Source: the human T2T-CHM13v2.0 reference genome, Homo sapiens
Strand: one strand, 5' to 3'
DNA: 64,000 nt
Assembly (NCBI RefSeq): GCF_009914755.1
Contig: NC_060934.1
Shown here one piece after another: positions 29,709 through 43,605 of the stretch (position 1 is its first letter; each line of letters starts with the position of its first letter). The notes beneath the pieces were generated by a model. That model did not search any database and was not told where the DNA came from. It saw nothing but the letters and a program-made list of their open reading frames with translations. A program made the position numbers and the translations under genes.

Positions 29709-29878
29709 AACACGTGACTACTTGCAACTCAGTAAAGAGAAGTGTTGAGTTGCTCCTCAGCCCTTAAAAAATCATTAAATAATCCTCTAGGTGGATTTTT
29801 AACACTAGCAAGAGAGCTAAGGGAAATGGCAAGAGAGGAGGCGGGACTTCCCAGCTGGTCCACGAAATCACGTGACTG
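29709..29878. promoter_or_regulatory. Candidate intronic enhancer: two GTCACGTG E-boxes, an NF-kB site and a GC box
   Basis: CACGTGAC 29711-29718; GGAGGCGGGA overlapping GGGACTTCCC 29843-29852; TCACGTGAC 29868-29876. Motif evidence only. Confidence 0.4.
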
Positions 29879-30994
29879 CCTTCCCTTTAGACTAATATGG
29901 CTGCCAACAGAACTCAAGGTGCTGATAGGCGTGCTCTGTGTCTCAGTCTTCCTATGCGTAACCATTAGCCACATGAGCCTGCTCATAACCTTCCTAACGT
30001 CCTGTCATCCAAGGTCCTTGCTTCATTAATTCATTCAGTCAGTGTTTTCTGAGCACCTACTGTACCCGAGGGAACAAATACAAAAATGTCCCTGCCCTCC
30101 TGGTGATTGCATTCTAATTTCTAACAAATGGCCTCTTCAAACTGCCAAACTTGTTTAAAGAACTGCTTCCTCAATGTGTTTCTTAAAAATGATGGTATTT
30201 TGGAGTAGAAAAGCAAATAATCGCAGTTTGAGAAAACAATGTGGTTCAAAGGACTGAAGAAATGAGAGGCTATGGAGGGTCTGCACAAGAAAAGATAAGG
30301 GAACTCGTGAACCTTTTGCAGTGGAACGAAGCAGTAACAGAATTACTGGCTTGGAGGTTATTTCTGGCGGGGGACATAAACCCACCCTGGAAATAGGAAC
30401 GACCTGGCAGAGAAACAGGATTAGGATTCAGCGGCCAGGAGTAGGATCCATTCCCAGCAAGAACATATTTAACAATTCCTACTAGAGATGGGATCAGGAG
30501 AGAGGCAAATTCACGACCCGCAGAGGTATCAACATGTTCAAGTAGCCATAACAACTACTTTAACTATTTGGTAAAAGTTTTTCCAGGTCAATAAAAATTT
30601 AAGGGGTTAAAAAGTAAGAGTGATACTTAAAGTTATTAATAACCAACCAAGACCCAGAAAGCTTACCCAGCTAGTCAATGAGGAGCCAGGGATAAGGCTC
30701 TTACTACTAATCCCATGCTTTTCCCACTACATCACGCAGGGAGCTGAGCGGGGTCATCTTTCATCAGCAGTTTCTAAGACAGGGGACACTACAGCTGCAG
30801 AACACAGGATCCGGGAAGGTCAAACCTGTAACAGCTAACTCTGGTCAATGACAAATGGTTCTCAAATGATCAGCATCGTGTGCCTAGGTGGAGAGTAGTT
30901 GCCAAGAAGAGGACAGAGGTTGTTCAGAATTGCTACATTAGGATAATTGTTATTCATGAAACCCAGAACTAAGTTCATTCATCAGCAACCTTAC

Positions 30995-31109
30995 CTAGTT
31001 CTGGGGGCAGAACGGTGAGGCGGTTCCCCTGAATGTGGAGCTCTTTAAGCTGGGTAAGCTCCCCGATTTCCTTAGGCAGCGAGATCAGGTCGTTATCCCT
31101 AAGGCTGAG
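30995..31109 (-). CDS. RSU1: RSU1 coding exon 7 (115 nt): [38 protein letters not shown](G)
   Basis: Acceptor ttttcttctgtttag| and donor |gtaagg. Separated from exon 6 by a 264-nt intron; ends in phase 1. Confidence 0.97.
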
Positions 31110-31373
31110 CTAAACAGAAGAAAACAAGTTGTCAACATATTTACACATTAAAAGGTGCTCCACAGAAACTCTCATCCTCTATGTCCTCTCTTCTACTAAA
31201 GCTCAATCCTTTCCATGTATTTACAAGTGCCGGCGGATAATCAAGAAACACTATCAGGAGTAGTGGTTTATTCCCACAAAACAAACCTTACTCCTGCTCA
31301 AATTGACTTGATTCTACCCCTACAAGGCTGCAGCAGTGAATTGATTTTCTAAGAATTTAGATAAATTACTTAC

Positions 31374-31456
31374 TATCTGCAACTTTGTGAGCTTCCCAAT
31401 ATCTGGCGGCAGGATTTCAAAATCGTTGTCACTTAGATAGAGTGCACGCAGGGTGG
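31374..31456 (-). CDS. RSU1: RSU1 coding exon 6 (83 nt): (T)TLRALYLSDNDFEILPPDIGKLTKLQI
   Basis: Acceptor tttaatttgcag| and donor |gtaagt. Ends in phase 0; LRR pattern. Confidence 0.97.
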
Positions 31457-32231
31457 CTGCAAATTAAACAGCAATATATAAACAGGGTGGCATGGAACAC
31501 AACCATTTGAGGTCTGATCAATACGAGGGAGTCAGCTTTGATTAATAACCCTGGCTTGGTGAAAAGCCTTTGACATACCTAGGGCTCCCAATAATAACAA
31601 GCAGGTCAAACTTAGATTTACTGGCTTATTGTGTAGCTGGTGTGTCCAGGAAAACATCTATATCCAAGAGGAATGACGCAATTAACAACTGTGGGCGCCA
31701 GCATTTTGGGGCACAGAGTTTCAGCACATTTTCAGAAAAGATTGCTATACTTCTCATAGATTACTTTTGATTCACATTTATTTCTCCATTTGCATCCAAA
31801 GTAAAACAAAGAACACTACTGTGCCACTTTTATGGATACCTAGGGCAAAAGGGTTCTTTCAAGAGAATACAGCTCTGTTAAAATAGACCTTTTCCTATGT
31901 AAATAGCACTGTGTTACAAATTAATGGAAGGCTTTCTGGTGATGGAGGCTATAACCACAGCTCATCAGTTCCATAATCTGACTAATTATTACTACGTGTT
32001 TCTACAGCCTTAAGGACAAAAGTAAATGAAGACAAAGAGGCTAAAATAATGACATGAAGTTAACAGAGTAAATCCTAACTTAAGGAGAATATCAGTAGTC
32101 AGAAATTTGTTCATAATTATTACACAATGATAATACGATTCCAACCTACTGAAGGCTAAAATTCTAAAGCATCTGTTTATCTTCAACCAAAAAAGCTGAG
32201 TATAATTAGATACATGTTTTGTTTACCCGTA

Positions 32232-32461
32232 TTTATTTTTTAGAGACAGAGTCTCGCTCTGTCACCTAGGCTGGAGTGCAGTGGGTCACTGCAGCCTCAA
32301 ACTCCTGGCCTCAAGCACTCTTTCTACCTCAGCCTCCCAAGTAGCTAAGATCACAGGCTCATGCTACTATGCCTGGCTACTTTTTAAATTTTTATTTCTA
32401 GAGACAGGGTCTCTCTATGTTGCCCAGGCTGGTCTTGAACTCCTAGCCTCAAGTGATCTTT
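32232..32461 (-). mobile_element. AluJ (partial)
   Basis: Alu consensus, 5'-truncated. Confidence 0.85.
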
Positions 32462-33326
32462 GTAGCTCATACTCCCGAGAACTGCATGTTAATATAACAT
32501 AATAAAAATAGTTGCTCCACTGCCCAAGAAAATATTTTATAGTTGGTTTCATGTGCTTGAGAAAGTCATAGAAAGGTAATGTACGTAAGGTAAAAAATAA
32601 AATTTTAGAGATCAGCTCTGAAAATTCAGATTTTCTGAATGCCACACAAGTTACTATTTGAAGAAATAGAACACTGATTTAAGGGAAGCAAACCTTGTCC
32701 AAAATAGTGCATGAGTTCCCAGAAGAAATCATTTTTTAATTTTCAAAAGCATCTCCAGCAAGAAATTTGTTTGCATATGAAAGAATAAAGTGTGTTCACC
32801 TGTGGCCAATAATTTCTTAATGCCTGTGTACTGGATAAATAGGTCAATAAGAGTACTTTTTAAAAGGCTCAAAATAGGAATACTGGCTGGAAAATTTTAA
32901 AATTGTGTTACTGGTTTATTAATAAATATTTTTAATAAATAATTGGTTGGAATATCCTGGGCAAATATCCTACAAAGAATTAATAGCAACATAGGAAGAT
33001 ACTTTTTTTTTTTTTTTTGGCATGCTATTTAAAAAGAAAGTCAAGTCTCTTAGCTAAATGTGAGGCTTGATCTCATTTAGGTATATAATCTCTCTCAGAA
33101 TGTTAATATGACATTACTAAGTCCACTTCAGCCCAATGGTGTCACATAACGATCTATCAAATGCACATACTGCTGAGCTACGAAGGAATATTCAAAAGGA
33201 GTCTCTAAAGAAAAAATTATCTCTGTCCAATAATTTCTCTTGGAGTTTGGGTCCTGGCAAATAAATTTCCCTCTCAGAACGCAAAGTACAAGGTTGAGGA
33301 GATTTATAGAATTGAAAGTTTCTTAC

Positions 33327-33445
33327 TCAGGTAGAAGAAGTTTCCAGGAAGAGAATTTTCGCTCAAGTTGTTGTACGTCAAGTCCAGAACCTCAAGAGCT
33401 GGCAGGGAGCCGAAGCCTCGTGGCAAAGTGTTCAGCCTGTTCATG
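33327..33445 (-). CDS. RSU1: RSU1 coding exon 5 (119 nt): (G)MNRLNTLPRGFGSLPALEVLDLTYNNLSENSLPGNFFYL(T)
   Basis: Acceptor gtccccctgcaacag| and donor |gtaaga. Frame continues from exon 4 (GG|C) into exon 6 (A|CC). Confidence 0.97.
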
Positions 33446-33570
33446 CTGTTGCAGGGGGACAAAAATCTATGTCATGACACCAAAGACACATTCATACAGA
33501 CTATCAAGGGCACCTCTGTTTCAGACGCTGAAAGTGTAAGACAGTGCCATGATCCTAGAGTCACTTTATA

Positions 33571-33876
33571 CTTTATTTTTATTTTTTATTTTTTTGAGAC
33601 AGGGTCTTACTCTGTTGCCTAGGTTTTAGTGCAGAGGCATGATCTCAGCTCACTGCAGCCTCAACCTCCCCAGGCTCAAGCGATCCTTCCACTTCAGCCT
33701 CCCAAGTAACTGGGACCACAGATGCACGCCACCACGCCCTGCTAATGTTTGTATTTTTTGCAGAGATGGGGTTTTGCCATGTTGCTCAGGCTGGTCTCAA
33801 ACTCCTAAGCTCAAGCAATCCTCTCACCTAGGCCTCCCAGAATGCTGGGATTACAGGCGTGAGCCCCCATGCCCAT
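33571..33876 (-). mobile_element. AluJ
   Basis: Full-length Alu about 125 nt upstream of the exon 5 acceptor. Confidence 0.9.
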
Positions 33877-33879
33877 CCT

Positions 33880-34310
33880 TTTTTTTTTTTAATTAAAAAA
33901 AGCATTTATTTAATATTTACAATGACAAAGATTGTACATACTTATGGTGTACAACATGATACTTCTGATGTATGTATACTACATCATGGAATGGTTTAAA
34001 TCATACTATTTAACACACGCGCTGCCTCATATGCTTGTCATTTTTTTTGTCTTTTGTGGTGAGACTGCTTAAAATTCACTCTCTTAGCAATTTTCAATTA
34101 TACCACATATTGTTATTAACTGCAGTCACCATGATGTACAATCCATCTCTTGAACTTATTTCTCCTAACTAAAATTTCATGTCCTTTGGCTAACATCTCT
34201 GCAATTCCCCTCTCCCTCCAGCCTGTGGTAACCATTTTATTCCCTGTTTCGATGAGGTTTACTTTTTTACATTCCACATATAAGTGAGAAGGTGTGGTAT
34301 GTTGTCCTAT
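33880..34310 (-). mobile_element. L1MA 3' end fragment
   Basis: ttgtacatacttatggtgtacaacatgat…ctctcttagcaattttcaa…ccacatataagtgaga. Confidence 0.75.
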
Positions 34311-34609
34311 TTAGGCTAATAATTTCAGTCAGACAGCTTACATGATCTTGAAACACTTGAAAATTTCTTAGCTGTTATTTTCCTCCAACGGTGAAACTTA
34401 ATCACTGCTTTACACAAAAACTCAAACCATTACAAAATATCTTTCCTTGTAAAGAACAACTTCCCTATGAACGTAGTGATAATATCTCAAAATATACACA
34501 TGAAGCTTTGTAGTTTTCAGGCTTTTGCTTGATTTCATTCCATTTATTCCTTTTTTGGAGGGAAAATCATGTTTTTGTTCTACAACTGCTAACACTGAAA
34601 ATTATCTTC

Positions 34610-34800
34610 AATTAGAATGGTGATGGCCAGGGGCTGGAGGGAGGGGGAATGGAGAGGTGTGGTTTAATGGGCGTAGGATTCAGGTTTGCAAGATGAGAAA
34701 ATTCTGGGGATTGGCTGAACAACAATGTGAATACGCTTAACACCACTGAACTGTCTACTACAAAGACGGTACATTTTGTGTGCATTTTATCACAACCTAA
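34610..34800 (+). mobile_element. L1MB 3' end fragment
   Basis: ccaggggctggagggagggggaatggaga…ttgcaagatgagaaaattctgg…cactgaactgt. Confidence 0.75.
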
Positions 34801-34817
34801 AAAATTTTTAAATCATA

Positions 34818-35255
34818 CAATTGACCCTTGAGCAACATGGGTTTGAACTTCCTGGGTCCAATGAGACATGGATATTTTTCTTCTACCTCTGCCACCCCTG
34901 AGACCGCAAAACCAACCCTCCGCTTCCTCCTCAGCCCACTCAACATGAAGAGGACGAAGACCTTTAAGATGATCCACTTCCACTTAAAGCACAGTAAATG
35001 CACTTTCTTTTCCTTACGACTTTCTTAATAACATTTTCTTTTCTCTAGCTTACTTTATTGTAAGAATGCAGAATAGAATACATGTAACATACAAAATATG
35101 TGTTCATCAACTATTTCTAGTTTTGGTAAGGCTTCCAGCCAACTGTAGGCTATTAGGAATTAAGATTTTTCGGAGTCAAAAGTAATGTGTGGATTTTTGA
35201 CTGCATGAGTCATTGTGTTGCTCCCGCAACCCATGTGTTGCTCAAGGGTCAATTG
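34818..35255 (+). mobile_element. Tigger2a-type non-autonomous DNA transposon (438 bp)
   Basis: Perfect 20-bp TIRs CAATTGACCCTTGAGCAACA / TGTTGCTCAAGGGTCAATTG; TA on the left, TG on the right. Confidence 0.88.
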
Positions 35256-35590
35256 TGTGTGAGTGTGTGTGTGGGGTGTGTGCTGTGTGTGTGTGGTATT
35301 GTGTGTGATGTTATGTGTATGTGTATCTGGGTGTTTCGTGTGGTGTGTGAGGGGTGGGGTGTGGTGTGTGAAGGACGTGGGGGGCTGTGTGGGGGCGGGT
35401 ATGTGTGTGGTGTGGGGTAGGTATGAGTGTGGTGTGGTGTGTGTATAGGGTGTGTTTGGGGGTGTGGTGGTGTGTGTGTACGCAGTGTGTGTGTGGTGTG
35501 TGTGTGGGTGTGTTTGTACACGGTATGTGTGTGTGCTGTGGGTGTGGTGCGTGTGGGTATGTGTGGGTGTGCGTGTGTGTGTGTGGGCGT
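35256..35590 (+). repeat. Degenerate (GT)n/(GGT)n low-complexity tract
   Basis: About 335 bp of GT-rich sequence with several G3-G5 runs, abutting the Tigger right TIR. Confidence 0.93.
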
Positions 35591-36919
35591 GTCTCCAGTG
35601 AAGTCTAAGGGAATTTTTTTCTACACTATCTTTTATCCTTTCTTCAAGCCCCTTATTTTTCTTAACGCAGTTCCCTTTGAGCATACTTAAAAGCCAATTT
35701 TTAAAAAAAAAATTTAATAAAAGTTGACAGATACTGAAAGGTGGAAGGGACTGTGACAATAAAAATCATTCTAGCCATCGATCCTTCTCCTAACACATTC
35801 AGCTCCATCCAGCCCTACCAAGAGGGCCTCACCAGAAACAGCTGACAGCAGAGGGGGCAACCAAAAGGGAAACGCGGGTTCCCCCTGTCAGGCAGAAAAC
35901 TTCCCAGACAGACTACACCCAGCAAAACTACCTCCACGACTATCTACTGCCACGACAGCAAGAACAAACATTCTCCATGAAGTCACAATTTGTGAAGCAC
36001 ATTATGGCAAGGACTTCGCTTGTTCACTAAAACTACCTTGCAATACAGGTAAGATGGAGCTTGTCATTAATGCTATGTTGAGATGAAAAAACAGCCTAAG
36101 AGAGGGTGAGGAGCCAAGACTTCAGAAGTGACTGATGAAGGCGACATGTGTCTGGAAACACCCCATACCGCACGGAGGCCAAAGCTGCTCCGGACCCTTG
36201 GGCTCTGATACAAGGATTCTGAGAAGAATTGCAAGTCAAAGGAAGGACAGCAGAGAAGACCACACTAGGTGCTTCTGTCTTTAAACGCTGCTTTCGGTTA
36301 TCTCTTTTTGAAAACTGCTGATTCCTTAACATTTTTCTCTGCAAATAAATACACTTTTGCAATATTAGGTAGAGGAAATCCACGGTTAGACAGGCTTAGA
36401 GGGAAGAGGCATCTCACCTGAGAGAGAGCTCCCACTCAATCTTCAGCCCAGAGCAAGCCTGGAGCCCCTCCACCTCCTGGTGGCAAGAATCTACTTAATT
36501 GCAGATTCCTTTTTCCTTTGAGTGACAAACCAATACCCACAACATTTAAGGAACACAGCAGAGTCCCATGTGCCGCTGACAGCAGTAAGTAACAGTGGTA
36601 GGCACACCACCCTGGCGGGCAGAAAGAAGTCCTTAAACAAATGCTAAAACTTCAGAAGAATTGCTAGCAACAGCCCCAGCTACAAAGCGGCCAAGGAACT
36701 GCAGAGACTTCTGGCCACCTCTCCGGACACCAGTCCAGGTGGATGGTGACATGGTGGGTTCTCTCTCTGCAGAATGAAGGATGGAACATGCTGGCTGTCC
36801 CCCCTCCCTCCAGCAGGTGCTAACATCCATCTCCATCCATCCACATTTTGACACATAGGAATTCCATGCTCAGGGCCCCGCTCTGACACTGCTAGCAATC
36901 AAGGTTTCCATGAGAGGCT

Positions 36920-37160
36920 ACAGTGGCGGTAGGAAAAGTATGGAGCTTTAAGGTAGGAGACAGCTAGGTGAGGAGACCGGCTCCAGCACTTGCTAGCTGC
37001 GTGACCTTCACCAAGTTACTCAGCTTCTCTGAGACCCAGTTTCCTCAACTATAAAATGAGGCTGACAACACCTTCAGGGCAGGATCACTGAGAGGATAAG
37101 AGAGAAAATATCCGAAGCACCCAACACCCAATCCATGGCTCACACGTGGCTTCTCAGGGA
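36920..37160 (+). mobile_element. MIR
   Basis: …ggctccagcacttgctagctgcgtgacctt…ctctgagacccagtttcctcaactataaaatgagg. Confidence 0.78.
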
Positions 37161-37673
37161 ATGAGAGCTGTTGCTAGAATTATTTTTCAAAAGATTTGAG
37201 AGAAAATTTTGATTTAGCCCTAAGCGAGCAAGCTCACCTCATGACAAGCCACTCTGGATAGTCTCAACTATCAAGTGTGGTTTTCTATTTGTGCCACACT
37301 TGGTTAATCTCAGGTGACCTCAGGTGTTGAAACATAAAGCTTCGCAGGGCTCAGCTATGCCAAGTGGTATCAATTCTTTTGTTTGCATGGGAAGATTTTT
37401 CAAATGCGTGTTGGAAGTGGGCAAATGCCTGCATATGATGGAGAAGTTGATAAAACCAGGGGGTTTCAGGCTATTTCAGCATCTTTTTTCCTTGTCTTCT
37501 AAAGCCCCAGAAAGGTCTGTACTAATGCCTCCTTTTCAGAGCAGTTTCTTCTCCGCAGGTTGTCCTGAGCACCTCCAGCTTCAAAGAAACCTTCTTGTCT
37601 AAAGGCACTAATTTTTCTCACCTCCACAGTGACCTACTCACACTTATCAAAAATAAAAATTTAAAAAAATCCA

Positions 37674-38012
<339 letters not shown>

Positions 38013-38682
38013 TTAATAAAAACTTCTATGTGTTTATGAGACAAGCTCTAGCAACAAACGAGGTCAAACGTTATTCCCGAACAGTTGGGCACGGTGGTCC
38101 TGCAGTGAAGTTACCCTAGAAATAATCATCAACATGGATAATTGTTGAAGCCACATCAACCTATGTGGCTTCACACTTTTTGGAAAATAACTCTATGAAA
38201 TAAACCGCATTTAAGGAATTGAGAACAGAACTAAACTTTCTTTTACTTATTCAGGTGGCCTAAAATTCTCTCATGTCTTACAATCATCAGAATAAACTGT
38301 AAATACTATAAAAACTTTGAAAGCAAATTCTGATGGATCACACATACAAGTGGCTTCCCATCTCCACTTTGTGATCTCCTGTGTGTATGCTTTTCACCCT
38401 GGCTCCTTAGAATAAGGAGTCCTCCCTATAACTTGCCTCACTGTGTGAGTACAATTCTTTATGCCATTTGAGGACAGAGTATCCTTTAGTGAAACCCATC
38501 TTAGCTCCTTTCTCAAAGAACTGGGAGTTTTGTTCAAACTTTGACAACTCCGTCTATGTAGCTATGTAATTAAATACAAAAAGCTTTACACAATCAGTAC
38601 AGCACCGACAGCCAAAAATGCAAACAACTCCAAAGAGAACAAGAAGGCAACTAACATGCATTCATTGAAAAGGAAAAGTTTA

Positions 38683-39018
<336 letters not shown>

Positions 39019-39389
39019 TCAAACCAAAATGTTATTAGGAAAGTCAAAAAAGAACAAAATTTGAGCTTATTATCTTCTTCCCAAACCTGTCTCCATCTGT
39101 TGTATTTTTCAGCTGCCCAACACAGAAATGAAGGTATCATTCCATCCCATCAGTTACTGTCTGTCAACGTTACCGCCTGTATATTTTTCATATAAAATCC
39201 CCCCCACCTCCACTGTCACTGTCCTAGTTCACCTGGGACATGAAGCTCGTCTTCTTATTGGTCTCCTAACCTCTAGTTTACCTCCCTCCACCCTCTTCTC
39301 CATACTCTTTCATACGGAAATATGACCATATCTCCTATCTGCTACTCTGCTATGCAAATTTCTCAAGGGTCAGTATAAAATTGGAGCTC

Positions 39390-39694
39390 GTTTATTTATT
39401 TTTGTATGTATTTTTGAGATGGAGTCTCACTCTGTCACCTAGGCTGGAGTGCAGTGGTGCGATCTCAGTTCACTGAAACCTCTGCCTCCTGGGTTCAAAC
39501 GATTCTCCTGCCTCAGCCTCCCAGGTAGAGTAGCTGCGATCACAGGCACGTGCCACCACACTTAATTTTTGTATATTTAGTAGAGACAAGGTTTCGCCAC
39601 GTTGACCAGGCTGTTCTCGAACTCCTGGCCTCAGATGACCTGCCAGCCTCAGCCTCTCAAACTTCTGGAACTATAGCTATGAGCCACCACGCCC
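39390..39694 (-). mobile_element. AluS (within an L2 remnant at about 38990-39890)
   Basis: Full-length Alu; L2 3' end …tgcctggtacatggtaagga… follows. Confidence 0.88.
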
Positions 39695-40030
39695 GAGAGG
39701 AGCTGCTTTATTTAGCACAGAGTGCTTTTCTTAGCACTTTTTACTTCCTGTCATTATTATAAACATTTATTTGTTTATAGTTGGTTTCTCCAACTGTAAT
39801 GGAAGCTCCATCAGGGCTGGATGGCCAGCAGCTAGAACAATGCCTGGTACATGGTAAGGAACTTGGTAAATCCTCATTCACTGAACAACAGACATCCAGG
39901 ATTCCCTGTCTAGCCTGACCTCTGACCTGACAGCCGCCCGCCTCACACTTTATACTCAACAGTGCCAAAAAACTGACAATTCCCAGGCCCCAGGCAGGCA
40001 GTGCTGTGAGCGTTTAAATATGCCATTCTC

Positions 40031-40340
<310 letters not shown>

Positions 40341-41189
40341 TCACTCCATCTGAGATGCCTTCCTTCAACTTGTAAGTCTGAGAAATTCTCACGCATCAAG
40401 TCTCGGCTCCTGTGCTCCCTGCTGTGTTTGTGCTCCTGAAGATCTCATCTGTGGACTAAAGTGCTCCCCGGTCTTGCTGTTCCCCCTGTTGGTCCACAAC
40501 CGCCAGCATATCTGTGACCTCATTGGTCTGTTCCTGTTTATAACCAGCCTTGCCCCAATAGGTAAGGTCAGGGACCATAACCTTCACCTTGGCTCCCCGG
40601 TACTAGGAAGATTCCTGACATAGAATAGTCACTTACATAGTCATGGAATCAATGAAAACGTAAATAAGACAATTATGATGATAACAATAGCTAACTAATA
40701 CTAGGTACTGCTCAGTATGTGCCAAGCACTGTTCCTAGTGATTGAGATTTTATATATATATATATAAAATAGATATAATGTGTACATATATTTCATTTAA
40801 TAAATGAACAAATTAACAGTAAGAATATACATCTATATGTAGTTTTAGCTTCTTTCTCACATACAAATTAAAGATCAGGATAGAATAGCCTGTAAAACCA
40901 AGATATAAATGGAGCATCTTTTCATTTCTGCTTTGCCAGATGGGTATACAGGCTCCAAATTTGTAGGGAGAAAAAAAAAAAAACCATCTCATCTCAAGCG
41001 ATGTTCCTCCCTCCTTTTAACTTCACTTTCCCTCAGACATAAGAATAAAGGCTGCCCATGGATCTCATAAAGTTGGTCCCTAAGCCCAAGTGAACTTCAA
41101 AATAATGTGTCTGACCAAATTCCTTGTGGGAGCAATAAACTAAAAATCACTCCATGAATGAGATTTTTTTTCATGACTGCTCCCTATTA

Positions 41190-41478
<289 letters not shown>

Positions 41479-41671
41479 CCTGGGAAATACCTGGCCAGCA
41501 TCTATTGCCACTCCACGTCAATCACTAACTTAACTAGAGCATTTAGTGGCTACAAATTTAATGAACATATGACTTTGCACAGAGACTGCAGCATGAGTGG
41601 GCAGTTTCATCTGATAGCTGCGCCAATGAAGATGAAATTCTGATGCCGCAGTTCCGGTTGGGGTCTATGGA

Positions 41672-42085
41672 TCTATTTGTCTGTTCTCCCATTGCTATAA
41701 AGGAATGCCTGAGGCTGGGTAACTTACAAGAAAAGAGGTTTAACCGACTCGTGGTTCTACCGGCTGTATAGGAAGCGTGGCAGCAGCTGCTTGTGGGGAA
41801 GTCTCAGGGAGCTTTTACTCATGGTGGAAGGCAATGCAGGAGTATGCTTATTACATGGCAGGAGCAAGACAGCACAAGGGGGGAGGTGCTACGCACTTTT
41901 AAACAACCAGGTCTCACAGTAACTCACTCACTATCACAAGGACAGTACCAAGAGGGGATAGTGCTAAACCATTCAGGAGAGCTCCGCCCCCAGGATCCAA
42001 TCACCTCCCACCAGGCCCCACCTCCAACACTGGGGATTACAATTCCACATGAGATTTGCTGGGGACACAGACCCAGACCATAACA
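41672..42085 (-). mobile_element. MSTA/B-like MaLR solo LTR
   Basis: …cattgctataaaggaatgcctgaggctgggtaa…ggggattacaattccacatgagattt…cagaccataaca. Confidence 0.85.
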
Positions 42086-42845
42086 ATGGGGTCTGAAGGA
42101 GCCTTCAGACCCAGAACCATCTTCCCAGCTTGGCCGCTAACCTCAGGGGTGACCAGGAGCCAGGCCCTTAGCCCCTTTGAAAAGGCTTGGCTTCCTCTGT
42201 ATACAATGAAAGCACTAAAACCTGCCCTCCGTACCTCACAAATGTTGAGAGGGTCAAGTGCTGCAAAGCAATACACAAAAATAGATTATCATTATTATTA
42301 TTTACTGCTCCCTGGTTCTGCAACCTCAGCTGAATCAAAACTCCTCTCTTCACCTTTGCATAAAGAAAGACAGGACTGTCACCTCTCAGCTAAAGAGAAG
42401 AATTGCATAAATGAATGAAGCATCATTAGGGAAAATATTCTTCCCTCCACGGCACGAAGGTGCTTTGTAAACTATTCCAATTTAACACAGAGAGGAAAAA
42501 GAAATCAGCCATATTACCACTTGTCCGCCAGTTCATGCTATGCAAATAAGTCCCTTCTCGGTCAGCAGAACTGAGATAAAATTTTACTGGACAGAAAATA
42601 CAATAAAAATTTAACTTCCTTATTGCGCCAACAATTAGCCTCTCAATTAGCTCTCAAATATGCACTAATGTAGGCCACTGAAAGAATATATTAAAACAAT
42701 AAAATTTTTTTAAGACCCAAAACATAAAAAGAAATTAGAAATCCATTTCTGTGCAATAATATAAAAGGAATCCCTCCCCTGGCCTTACCCGGCATGCCCC
42801 TTCCACTCTCTTCCTCTCCATCCTTTCCGCTCCACTGATACTCAC

Positions 42846-42966
42846 CCAAGGTTCAGGTGTTTGAGTTTCTGAAGGCTACTGATCTGTGTGGGCAGCTCCT
42901 CGATTTGGTTATTAAAAAAGTTGAGCACCTCCAAATTCTTCAGTTCTGCGATGTTCGGTGGCACCA
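42846..42966 (-). CDS. RSU1: RSU1 coding exon 4 (121 nt): (M)VPPNIAELKNLEVLNFFNNQIEELPTQISSLQKLKHLNL(G)
   Basis: C-terminal part of ORF 42842..43066. Acceptor ttttgtttccatag| and donor |gtgagt. LRR consensus LxxLxLxxN; recognised RSU1 sequence. Confidence 0.97.
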
Positions 42967-43157
42967 CTATGGAAACAAAAATGCTGAGTGTGAATCTGGG
43001 AATGGAACTCCTAGCAAGGGATGGCAGCGGCACATTTTGTTTTTCTTTCAAAGCAAAGAAAGACATAACTTCAAAAGGGCCATCGAATTCACCTACCGGT
43101 CTTATTTATTTTTTACAGGTTTTTCATAAGCAGTCACTCACTTCTGAGTGGCTGCTT

Positions 43158-43605
43158 AAATGCTTCTTCATATATGGTTAGCTAAGTGCTTGGCATAGTT
43201 TGTTTCAGATGGACAATGAGGGGGGAAACAGAGCAAAAATGCACAACAGAGAATTTCTGTACCATAAACAGCCTATAAAAATGAATATTAAGAAGCATAT
43301 ATACTTATGGTTGTCATATACGATCTTCTAAGTGCAACTTTTTTTTTCCTTTTGGTTTTCTTGCATTGCCGTCAGAAGAAGAAATGCTTCTTCGTATATG
43401 ATTAGCTAAGTGCTTGGCACAGTTTGTTTCAGATGGCTAATGGGGGGGGAGAAACAGAGCAAAAATGCACAAAAGAGAATTTCTGTACCACAAACAGTCT
43501 ATAAAAATGAGTATTATGAAGCATATATACTTATGGTTGTCATATATGATCTTATAGGTGCAATTTTTTTTTTCTTTTGGTTTTCTTGCATTGCCACCAG
43601 AAGAA
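43158..43605. repeat. Head-to-tail tandem duplication, two copies of about 224 bp
   Basis: Copies start at 43158 and 43382 (aaatgcttcttc…); roughly 90% identical by manual alignment. Confidence 0.93.

Noticed and set aside
35160-35759. 199-aa His/Thr/Pro-rich ORF
   Set aside because: Translation of the GT/CA low-complexity tract.
42967-43066. N-terminal part of ORF 42842..43066 (MSFFALKEKQ…)
   Set aside because: It is intronic read-through upstream of the exon 4 acceptor; only 42846-42966 is RSU1 coding.
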